Positions 29,371-38,606 of a stretch of DNA of 64,000 nt are shown one piece after another. A program made the position numbers and the translations under genes. The notes beneath the pieces were generated by a model. The model searched no databases and had not been told where the DNA came from. It saw only the letters and a list, made by a program, of their open reading frames with translations. The stretch's first letter is position 1. The number at the start of each line of letters is the position of its first letter. The DNA is from a virus, in IMG/VR virus record IMGVR_UViG_3300037346_000220, positions 1 through 64,000 of that record; one strand, 5' to 3'.

Positions 29371-29754
29371 TTACAGCATGCCTGCTTCTTGTGTTAGAGG
29401 ACTCTCGTACATTGGTAGGCTCTCTATCCAGGATGCCAACAAGGCAGGTGCTCCTTTTGCTAGATCTGCGGATCCCGTCCAGTCGTCGTGATCTTCCCAG
29501 TATGTGGACCAGGTCTTGTTCTCGTTAATCCAGTCATGAGGGACATCCCAATAAGCATCTGTACCTAAGGCATGTTGAACTATACTAATATTCATAGGGT
29601 CAGAGGTCTCAATTTCTATCTCCAGCTTATGAGGAGTCTTTAGTGTATTAGTACTAATAAAGTTGTTGTCTTCATCTACACCCATCTCATAACACAATAG
29701 CTTTAAACGGCCATCTGCTACATAGATGTTTAGATCATACTCATTTGTTTGCAT
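29371..29754 (-). CDS. Hypothetical protein
   Basis: Coupled to upstream ORF. Confidence 0.7.
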   Translation of the reverse strand: MQTNEYDLNIYVADGRLKLLCYEMGVDEDNNFISTNTLKTPHKLEIEIETSDPMNISIVQHALGTDAYWDVPHDWINENKTWSTYWEDHDDWTGSADLAKGAPALLASWIESLPMYESPLTQEAGML

Positions 29755-30032
29755 TAGTCTTCTTCCTCTTCCTGATAGTCAACCATGTAAAAGTCTTCGT
29801 TCTTGTAGGGGAACTGAGTTATGTAGTAACCAATAACATTGGCACTAGCGTACCCGTTAGTAATCACGGTAGCTAGGTCAGCATACACGTAAGACCATAC
29901 GACGTCTCTGTCTTGAGACTGTACATAGTCCAGCTGTTCACCTTCAGTATCAAACATGTATGTATCACTATCAAACCTATTAGCTATAGGAGCAAACTCT
30001 GTTGCCCATTCACTGAATGTCATACTAGTCAT
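29754..30032 (-). CDS. Hypothetical protein, tandem paralog of 30025-30405
   Basis: Shared T.SEW...F.P..N, F.T.G....VQS, VW, VI.NGY...N. Confidence 0.75.
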   Translation of the reverse strand: MTSMTFSEWATEFAPIANRFDSDTYMFDTEGEQLDYVQSQDRDVVWSYVYADLATVITNGYASANVIGYYITQFPYKNEDFYMVDYQEEEED

Positions 30033-30405
30033 TGTATACCGTCACCAATCCGTAGCCCTCACAGGAATCGCAGTCCTCTTTGCCATCCCCAGTCTCCTCA
30101 TCATAGCACACACATTCTGTCTCAGTGCTAGTAATAATCTGATAGTCAGTGTCTTCCTCATAAGGAACCTCACAAACAAAATAGTTTAGCCTGTTGACAT
30201 AGTGGTAACCGTTAGCAATGACGGAACACATGTCAGCGTCCAACCAAGTCCAGACCATACGCTCATCAATCTTTGATTGAACAAACTCCACTTCAGCACC
30301 ATAGGTCTCGAAGTTTATTCCGTCTGGATACTTAGTAAGATGATTAGTCGTAGGCTTGAACTTCTCTTCCCACTCTGAATAGGTTATCTCTACAAAATTA
30401 GTCAT
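30025..30405 (-). CDS. Hypothetical protein with C-terminal CxC...CxxC
   Basis: AAGGAG RBS; paralog of 29754-30032. Confidence 0.75.
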   Translation of the reverse strand: MTNFVEITYSEWEEKFKPTTNHLTKYPDGINFETYGAEVEFVQSKIDERMVWTWLDADMCSVIANGYHYVNRLNYFVCEVPYEEDTDYQIITSTETECVCYDEETGDGKEDCDSCEGYGLVTVYND

Positions 30406-30415
30406 GGGGTCTCCT

Positions 30416-30949
30416 TTAGAAATGGAAGTCTACAGGTACAATGTACCACGTTTTGTCACCATTGTCAATACTCTTTTGCATGGGTTGCATACTTGTGCTG
30501 TCGTTATGTATGTCATAGAAGTATGAGTTGAAGTCCCAGTAGCCAGCAGCCATGTCATAAAGCTTCTTGATAGAATAGAGGTCAGACATTATCTTGTAGT
30601 CAGGGTCACCAGAGCTTGAATGCTTCAAAGAGGCCAATAGAGCCTTGTAGTCAATCTTCTCTGCACTAACTAGATACTCAGACATCTCTGTACTGCGATT
30701 AGTCATAGACTGAGTCAGCCTCTCCACAAACTCTGGGGTATCTTGAATTACAACATCATCCATGTAACTATCGTTGTAAGGGTCCTCACTACTAGAGAAC
30801 CGTCCACCACCAGTAACAAACCAATCAAACCATGTATTACTATCAGAGTAAGGGTCATCCCCTAGCTTGGCCTCTAGGCCCTCTTGTACAGAACGAAAAG
30901 CCTGCTCGGAGCTATCTGCCTGAATGGCTATGTTTTGAAGTACGTGCAA
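30416..30949 (-). CDS. Conserved phage protein (W.DW...GGR.S ... VDFH motif)
   Basis: Motifs plus TTGACA-17-CATACT promoter. Confidence 0.75.
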   Translation of the reverse strand: MHVLQNIAIQADSSEQAFRSVQEGLEAKLGDDPYSDSNTWFDWFVTGGGRFSSSEDPYNDSYMDDVVIQDTPEFVERLTQSMTNRSTEMSEYLVSAEKIDYKALLASLKHSSSGDPDYKIMSDLYSIKKLYDMAAGYWDFNSYFYDIHNDSTSMQPMQKSIDNGDKTWYIVPVDFHF

Positions 30950-32933
30950 GGGGTTTCCTATCTCTTGGGGTTATGTATAAAGTATGACAGGAAAACACCT
31001 ATTTGTCAAGTACTTCTGGGAAAGAAATAACATCATCTTAAAGATATATTTGTGTTTAGCGGTCTATATATAGATGCGGTCGAGCCCCGAAGGGTCCTAC
31101 TAGAGGAAATCAATGAGATCGCCGTCAAAGCCACCTGTCTCCAATTCCATGTTTAGTTCTCGGTAAGAGATCTCACCCTTCTCAGCCATCTCAAATAGCT
31201 CTACCACGTATTCATTTTCCATTGTGTGTCTCCTTCTGTTGGTTATCCAAAGTCTCTAAGCCTTCTGCCATCTCTGTCCCTCCAAGATTTCTTGGTATTG
31301 GTTGAGAGCCATATAGTCCTTACCGCATTTGACAAGGTAGTGTTGGGTAGTGTCAATGCTACCACTCAGGTATTCAAACTCAATGTCCTCCCAAGTTATC
31401 TGGTCTACCTCATCATAGAGAGTATAGAGATGACTAACCATGTAGTCTAGGAACTGGTCAAGATTAGTAAACTCTTTAGTCATAAACCTCAAGGTAGTCT
31501 CCTTACTCTGTCTCTTGCGAATTTTCATCTTGGGTTATACGTCTTTCAACATCTCTGCTAGTTTATCTAGTTGCTCTTTGGTTAGGCTATTCAACACATC
31601 TTCGTTGATTATGCTACCGTCTGTCCAAGCACTCATTTTGCATCCTCTAGCTTTCTTGCTTCGTGGTCATCTGATTTCCAAGTCCAACCTCTAGTTAGCT
31701 TGTCATACGCTTCTACTAGACAGTGGTATTTGGAATGGTCTTCCTCTACCTTCTGAGCAATTAGCTCTGCAATCATAGCAGCCTGTTCCTTACTAAAAAA
31801 GTATCCTGTTTCTGACATTAGCTTCTCCCTAAGTGTAGTAGTTCTTCGTCTGTTAGTTCCTCTAGTCTATCATTACCCTCAGACATTATGCTCTTGCTCT
31901 CCTTCACACTTGTTACAGAATGGTGTGCAATCAAAAGCACCTTCGTGGTTGGGACACTCTATTGTGTTTGTCATAGTTCCTATTATACTGTAGGGGTCAG
32001 ACATTTATTATTTCAACGTTGATAGCGCCTAGCAAGCTAAAAGAATTACCAAGGCCCATAGCCATTATGTCTTCCGCTGTATTCTCCCTGACGTAGTCTA
32101 TCTGGTCCTCTGGAGTAAGCTCGCTAAGAACCTCATCCTCATCCACAAAGTATTCAAAAACAATACTAGCTCTTATAACCTTACTCATAACCCTAGCTCC
32201 TCAATAGCCTGAACAGCCATATGAGTATCCATCATACCCTCAAGGCCCAATTCATCTCTAAGATACTCACAGGTATCGTACACCCCTTGCCAGTATTCAA
32301 GATTCATCTTCATCCTCCAGGGTATCGTTATTAGCTATAACTGGCATACTAAAGAAATTAGTCCAGGTAGTGCCCATAGTTACTTCACTCATCTTCATCC
32401 TCTTCCAATTCTTTTACAGTAATGTCCTCTACCTGACCAGTATACTTATAGTCCTCATAGTCCCAACCCTGTTTCTCTGCTGCCGCATAGTCCTCAGCCT
32501 CTACTTCATAGGTGTAAGATACTTCTACTGTAACTTCATAGTTTGGCATTAGTCTTCCCATTCTGATAGGTCTTCGTGTCCCTTTAGTATAGCAACGGCA
32601 TACGACATTTTATCGCTGTCGGCTAGGGTGTCAAGAACACCCCACTGGTCTTCGGTTAGCTGGTCATAAGAAAAGGTAAGCAGCATGCCACTACCGTAGT
32701 TGCCATCTTCTGAAACGTATGATTCTGGTCTGAGTGCATAGGTCATTGGGGGGTCTCTCTTTCTTTGATAAATCAATACTACCATAGGGGTCAGACATTA
32801 TGCAAGCTACTTTTGGGAGTTTTTTCTAGCTATCTTAATAGGTTATTTATGTTAGTAGATATATTTTAGAATGTCCTGGCGATCGACCACACTCTACCCC
32901 CAGTGTCAAACTGAGGGCAGGCGTGTCGTGAAA

Positions 32934-33929
32934 TTAGGCGTTTGCCAAAACCAACTGAAGCAAACGGTTTTTCTCTGCATTTATCATTGGGTCAAAGCCA
33001 GAAGCGGAAGCCAAGATAGACTCATTGGAACCACCACGAGCTGTGCGATACCAATCCAAACGTTCTGTCATAGCATTGAAAGCACCCCAAGCGGTTCCTG
33101 AAATAGTGTTGTTATAGTCACCCACATAAATCGCTTGGATAAGGTCAACCTTATTTCCATACTTCTTGAATGAACCCTTCTTGTCCTCGCCAACTGGGGC
33201 AGGGTATGCTAGAGCAACAATCTTGTCAAACTTATCCTTAGAGATAGTCTGCTCAATCATCTGCTTAGCCATGATGTCAAATTCATCCATGTATTTGTTA
33301 GCTAGGCCAAGAGCTTCTCTGGCTTGCTGAACCTTGCCAGAAGCGGTTGCTGTATGCCTAATCTTGAAGGACTGCTTAGCCTTACCCTTTAGGGCAACGT
33401 TCAAGGTGTTAGAGCATACAACACGAACTGGAGTAATAGAAGCTTGGATGGCAACTGAACCATCGTGGCTAGTGTTGATTAGTAAATACGTGTTGACTTT
33501 ATCGCCTACACCATTAGGGTCTAACACTGTCTGACGCTCCAAGGCTAGAGAACCGAATACTTGACGGCCACCTTTGATAGAGCCAGCTGTCTCCCAACGT
33601 CCTCCACCATCCAACATTAGGTCTCCAAAGTCAAACAAATCTTCGTTCTGCAATGGAACATAACGCTCACCAACAACGCCTAGAACATCGTTCTGCTCTT
33701 TGTCAAAAGGGTTGGTGCGTGTAACAAAAGAAAAGCTCTTGTCACTTGCAAAGCCTTCAGGAATTGCAACATCTTCTAGACGGACGTTCCAATCTGAAAG
33801 GTGTGCTAGGTCTAGCATTTCCTTAGTTGTAACTTCCTCATCAAATACGGTTCCCAATCCATGCCATGCAGGCTGACGTAGGGATGCGAATGCGGTCTGG
33901 CCATTTACTGTTTCAATTTCGTGCGACAT
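32934..33929 (-). CDS. DUF932 / phage-plasmid-like protein (TIGR03299 type)
   Basis: AWHGLG, LGVVGERY..LQN, ETAGS..GG, NTSHDGS, TPVRVVC.NTL, IRHT, GTAWGAFNA.TE. Confidence 0.88.
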   Translation of the reverse strand: MSHEIETVNGQTAFASLRQPAWHGLGTVFDEEVTTKEMLDLAHLSDWNVRLEDVAIPEGFASDKSFSFVTRTNPFDKEQNDVLGVVGERYVPLQNEDLFDFGDLMLDGGGRWETAGSIKGGRQVFGSLALERQTVLDPNGVGDKVNTYLLINTSHDGSVAIQASITPVRVVCSNTLNVALKGKAKQSFKIRHTATASGKVQQAREALGLANKYMDEFDIMAKQMIEQTISKDKFDKIVALAYPAPVGEDKKGSFKKYGNKVDLIQAIYVGDYNNTISGTAWGAFNAMTERLDWYRTARGGSNESILASASGFDPMINAEKNRLLQLVLANA

Positions 33930-34092
33930 AAGGGGTCTTCTCTCTTTGTTTGATAGTACAACTATACACTAGGGGGCTGACATTATCAAGGTCTTAATGC
34001 ACCTTCTTAAAGGGTTTTATGTAACAGTTAGATAACGAAACGCTCGAGCACAGCGAACCCCCAGGTGTCAACCCAGGGGATCAGCGTGTTGG

Positions 34093-34596
34093 CTATGCTT
34101 TTTCTAAAGTGAACGCCCAAACATAGTCATCGTTGGTTAGTCCTGCCTGTATCTCATCAAAGGTGAGAACGAGGGTAATTCCTTCATAGGTAGAAACAAA
34201 GGTTCTGTTATCTAAATTGAGGGTATAGATACCTTCACACATTAGCTCATCAAACTCAAACTCTAGGTCTAGAACAATAGGCAACATTCCATCACTAGTA
34301 GCAATCACTTCTAGAATGTCTGCGCAAGTGTTTCTTGACATAGTAGGCCAGAGCTTTTCAAACTCTTTATTGTCAAGATTTGCTTTCTCAATCCTAGCAA
34401 TTTCTAACTCCCAGACTGTATCACTCATTGTGTATAGGTTGTCAATGTTATGGGTTAGTAGTTCAATCATCTCAGGGTTACGGATAAAGTTTAGAACGGT
34501 AACGCCCGATCCAGCAGGGTAGCCATCCCATTGTCCATACTGAGAAACTACTGTGTTGCCATCTTTGATTACCTTAGTTATGTTGCGTGTTCCCAT
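34093..34596 (-). CDS. Hypothetical protein (MGTR...QYGQWDGYP family)
   Basis: Recurrent phage early-protein N-terminus. Confidence 0.75.
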   Translation of the reverse strand: MGTRNITKVIKDGNTVVSQYGQWDGYPAGSGVTVLNFIRNPEMIELLTHNIDNLYTMSDTVWELEIARIEKANLDNKEFEKLWPTMSRNTCADILEVIATSDGMLPIVLDLEFEFDELMCEGIYTLNLDNRTFVSTYEGITLVLTFDEIQAGLTNDDYVWAFTLEKA

Positions 34597-34709
34597 TTGG
34601 GATACCTACTTCCTTGGTTATACATACAGACTAGCATTGGGGTCAGACACTTTAGGGTGAGCAGTTTACCTAGACTTGCTCAGGTCATTCTCCCTAAACC
34701 TTTGCAGAT

Positions 34710-35156
34710 TTATAGGAACTCTATCAACGCCCCATAGGTTGAGCCAGATACTTCCTCTTGGGTGGTCATACGCAATACCTTGAGGTTTTTCTCTAGCATC
34801 TCTTTTGGAGAGTAGTGGTCACGACCATACCAAGTTCTGCGGTTAGGCTCTTGTGGCTGTTGTGGCATCTCAGGCAATCCAGCTACCGCACTTGGCTTGA
34901 ACTCAATCTGAATACGATTATCTCCATAGGTAACAACACGAATTGGAGCGTCATACTCATAGCTAATGGTATCTTTATTCAACATAACTTTGCTAATTGC
35001 AACAGCTAGGTCTATGCGATACTGCTCTTTGTCCACCTCATACTTTGCCAAGTCATCTGCATAGCTTTCAACTGATGCGTCAATGCTTGCAATCTTTGCT
35101 TCAATTTCTGCGATTAGGAGAGCTGTTGGAATCTTTACGGAAATACTTCTAGCCAT
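34710..35156 (-). CDS. Hypothetical coiled-coil protein
   Basis: ORF with own promoter. Confidence 0.75.
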   Translation of the reverse strand: MARSISVKIPTALLIAEIEAKIASIDASVESYADDLAKYEVDKEQYRIDLAVAISKVMLNKDTISYEYDAPIRVVTYGDNRIQIEFKPSAVAGLPEMPQQPQEPNRRTWYGRDHYSPKEMLEKNLKVLRMTTQEEVSGSTYGALIEFL

Positions 35157-35223
35157 TATAGGGGGTCTGCTTTCATTAGGGGTTATTTGTTTACTTAGTA
35201 ATTATACAATAGGGGTAGGACAT

Positions 35224-35268
35224 TTTAGGGGGAATAGTGAAAGGATTAGAAACTCTACTCCCCCTAAA
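35224..35268 (-). ncRNA. Hairpin with 17-nt anti-SD loop (copy 1)
   Basis: 14-bp stem (one G-U on - strand), loop AGUUUCUAAUCCUUUCA. Confidence 0.65.
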
Positions 35269-35275
35269 GACTATA

Positions 35276-35428
35276 CTACTTTACAGTAGTCCAGCGAGGC
35301 TGTCCAGATACATCTAGACGAACACGACTTGTGCCGTTCTTGTTCTGAATAACTTCCTGAATTACTCCAGTAACGCCTGACTTAGCTGTGGTGAACTGTG
35401 AGCCAACAGTTAGAGTTGCATTTGACAT
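35276..35428 (-). CDS. Small beta-rich protein (MSNATLTVGSQFTTAKSGVTG...)
   Basis: Start reassigned downstream of the TTGACT-17-TACAAT promoter. Confidence 0.7.
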   Translation of the reverse strand: MSNATLTVGSQFTTAKSGVTGVIQEVIQNKNGTSRVRLDVSGQPRWTTVK

Positions 35429-35880
35429 AATTGCTTCCGTTCTCGCCCCAGAGGGACTATCTTGATTAGTTACCAACGACTTGTTGATAGCTCTATTGTA
35501 GCTGAAATTAGAGTGAAAGTCAAGCCTATTTGGTAACAAAATGATAACAACTTCTAGGCTTTGTCTTCTCTTTTCCAACTACTATAACTATACCTGAGTG
35601 GGATAGGAATTGCAACTCTTAAACCTACAAAGATTTACGAGATTTTTTGTAGGTATCTTAATTGACTTTATAGGATCTGTGCGCTCGGCCACAGAAGAAA
35701 AAAACAGCCAGTTTCTCGTCATGGCCAGGACGTCAGTACCCCTACTGAAGCTTAGTGTTTTCTATTCTCATGAAGTCTAGTTGACGTTGCATATCAACGA
35801 TGCTTTCCTCTAGGCTAACTATCTTATTGCGCATGCTTAGCAATGCTGGGTGTTGACTCTCTGTCCTAATTGGAGTTACC

Positions 35881-36405
35881 TTATTCATGTGAACCTCTCT
35901 TTACTATCCAGATAATTGCTTGGGTTGTTCTAGGTGTTAGGCCATGGATTTTGGCAACTGCCTTTACTGCTTGGCTAAGTGCATGATAGTCACTTTGGCT
36001 AGGTGAGGACTTGGCGTGGTCAACGGCTTTCATCATCCAGACGTCTATCACAACTTGCTCTTGGTCACCTGCAATAGCCTTGGCGAATGCATTAGTCTTT
36101 AGGCCTTTTAGGGCACTAAACCCGTCAGTGAGTGATTTCTCTGCCATACGGATGTTATTCTTTAGGCAGCGGACTTCTTGCCCTAGTGAGAATGCTATGG
36201 CCCTAGCGATGTTCATGGTCCAACGCTCACGAGGTGAGAATGAACTTACAACACTGGCCCCTATCTCTAAGGTGGTCCCTAAGTTTATTGCCACTTTTTC
36301 AGCAATGCGCTCAGCGTCCATATACCAAATTGCTGCCTGCTCAACTTGGCCTAGGGTTGCTTGGGATACAAGCTTGGAGTATTTCTCAATGTAAGTTTCT
36401 AGCAT
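35881..36405 (-). CDS. Conserved phage protein, possible helical DNA-glycosylase-like fold
   Basis: WY..A, SP...W..N, KT.AF, V.IDVW, QA.IW; TTGACA-17-TAAGCT promoter. Confidence 0.6.
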   Translation of the reverse strand: MLETYIEKYSKLVSQATLGQVEQAAIWYMDAERIAEKVAINLGTTLEIGASVVSSFSPRERWTMNIARAIAFSLGQEVRCLKNNIRMAEKSLTDGFSALKGLKTNAFAKAIAGDQEQVVIDVWMMKAVDHAKSSPSQSDYHALSQAVKAVAKIHGLTPRTTQAIIWIVKRGSHE

Positions 36406-36465
36406 TTGGGGTAAGTCTCTCTGTAGGGGTTATAGATTATAGCTTAGCATGTTCTCAGCTGTTTG

Positions 36466-36735
36466 TCAACTATCTTCCGAACACCATGCGCCTAAGTAGT
36501 ATGAACTAATAACATTCCTGGCAGACACCTCGGTATTGCCCCTAAAGCTTACACCTTGCGGCAACGGTATTAGTTTATCTAATTCATCTTCCCAATAAGC
36601 GTCAATAGCTGTTATTGCCGTAGGTATCATCTGACGTGGAATTGGAGGATAGCAATTGCTACTAAAGTGGATAGCTATCTGATTCTCTAGGCTCATGCCT
36701 TGCTCTTGCAATTCTATCGCTGTCATCATTCCCAT
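36466..36735 (-). CDS. Hypothetical protein
   Basis: H.SSN.YPP motif; coupled ORF. Confidence 0.7.
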   Translation of the reverse strand: MGMMTAIELQEQGMSLENQIAIHFSSNCYPPIPRQMIPTAITAIDAYWEDELDKLIPLPQGVSFRGNTEVSARNVISSYYLGAWCSEDS

Positions 36736-36929
36736 TATTTTACCTCCACGTATTCCATAGCAACCCTCAAAAGGTTGTCGTAGTCTCCCGACATACTGGC
36801 AGAAAGATACTCGCTAATTTCTGAAGCGGTTGCTCCAGACTTTTTTAGTGCAGACTTTACCGCTCCCATTACCGCAAAAGCGTTTCCATCACGACCTGTT
36901 AGTTGAACTACTACATCGTATTTTGCCAT
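36735..36929 (-). CDS. Conserved small phage protein (L.G.DGNAF.VMG.V...SGDYDNLL)
   Basis: Recurrent phage motif; GAAAGGA RBS. Confidence 0.8.
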   Translation of the reverse strand: MAKYDVVVQLTGRDGNAFAVMGAVKSALKKSGATASEISEYLSASMSGDYDNLLRVAMEYVEVK

Positions 36930-37589
36930 TTTGTATCCTTTCGGTTATAAAATAATCATACATCAGGGGTCAGACATTTTACCTAGAACTCTAGGTCATA
37001 TTTCAAGAGCACCCTATCAAAAGCATCATCAAGTTTCTGAAGATCCGCCATCAAAGCATCACGCTGTTCTCGATCCATTTCTTTCACTTCACTCATTGGA
37101 AGTGACATTTCCCAAAATTCTTTTCTCATTTTATCTCCTCTAGGGTAAAGTCATACTCATCGCCACCTGCGAGAGCGTGTTCAAACTCATTTTGATTACT
37201 AAAATAAAAGAAGATACCGTCATCATCCTCACCCTCAGTCCACTCGGCATCAATAGCGACGGTAGCTAGGAAACCCTCTCCTGGAGTATCTTTCCATTCA
37301 ACCAATACCCTCTTGTATTCAGTCATCACTCCTGCTTTCTTTGATAGCTTTATAGTTGTTAGACTGCCTTGAACCCTTATACTTATCAACTTGCGCTACT
37401 AGGTGAGGGTTCTTCAGTATGTTGTAAAATAACGCCTGGCTTTCAACCTTGCGCCTTGCCTCGTTGTATCTTCCTAATTTGCTCATAGTGAAACTATAAC
37501 ACAGGGGTCAGACATTTTGGGAAGGAATTTTTCCTATCTTAATTAACTCATCTTAATTAGTTGTCTAATCGTTATAAACGCTCGGGCAG

Positions 37590-37637
37590 AAAAAAATAGC
37601 ACCCAAGGTGAAAGGATTAGAAACTCCCTGGGCACTA
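37590..37637 (-). terminator. Terminator hairpin with the same 17-nt anti-SD loop (copy 2)
   Basis: 12-bp stem with three G-U pairs on - strand, identical loop, U7 tail. Confidence 0.7.
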
Positions 37638-38568
37638 CTTCTTCTGGGTGGCTTGGTTAGATCGTTTCAGGACCTCACCCAATTATTCCCCTAATTAGGA
37701 GGAATAAAACTTGAACGCTTAGTTGAGAAATACTTACGCTTAGCATAGCCAAGAGTGACAAGGACTGCCACAGACACTAGGACTAAGTCTACTAGCAAGT
37801 TGAAACCATTGTAAAAAATCATTAGTTACCTTCTTTCGTTGTGAATAGTTTATCAGGGGTATCAGACAACATTAGCTCTATCTTGAAGATTAGCTCCTCA
37901 AGGGTTTCTGTGCTTAGGCGCTCAGGCATAACCAAGCTCTCTAAGCTCTACGGGAAAGTCTTCACCTAGATAGTCTACAGCGTCTAACACTAGCATTACT
38001 CCGTCATACTCGTTGCAGCCAGAACACACATAGAACTCTACTGTGTCTAGGCAATACACGCACAATTTCATTTCATTCATTACTTATCCTTTCGTTGTTA
38101 TAAGCTTAGCTTAGCACGGGGGTCTGACATTATAGACAGCCCACGTTCACAGTAAATTCTTCAACGCTAAAGGCACACTTTGGGCACAGGGCGTTCACTG
38201 TGTCGTCTATTAGCAATACAGCTTCGGTTGCCTTGGCAAACTTACAAAATCCACAGTTCATTTATCATCCTTTTCGTTATAGGTTTATCTTAGCACAGGG
38301 GTCTGACATTTTAGGTTGCTCTGCCAGAAAGAAGATAGTCAATTTCTTCTTCCCTAGCCAAATCGTTGTTATGTTCCCAAAGCTTGTTGTGAACGGATAG
38401 TGTGTGGCTAGTCTTCCACGCCTTAGCGTCAAGATAGTAGGTGGTGCTTAGTTCCTGAGTAAATCCACAGCCGTTGCAGGTGGTCTTGCGATACATTTTT
38501 GTCATTGATCATCCTTTGCGTTATAGGTATAACCTATCACACATCTGACCCAATAGCAAGTCTATTAG

Positions 38569-38606
38569 GTAACAGTTAGGTAACGTTTATGTAACGTTTA
38601 GGTAAC
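38569..38606 (-). repeat. Four GTTAC direct repeats with 11-bp period upstream of a -35
   Basis: GTAAC on + at 38569, 38580, 38591, 38602. Confidence 0.85.

Noticed and set aside
35706-35748. Hammerhead ribozyme (CUGA...GAAA words present)
   Set aside because: No intact CUGAnGA core with three flanking stems; a pseudoknot shared with 34659-34686 fits better
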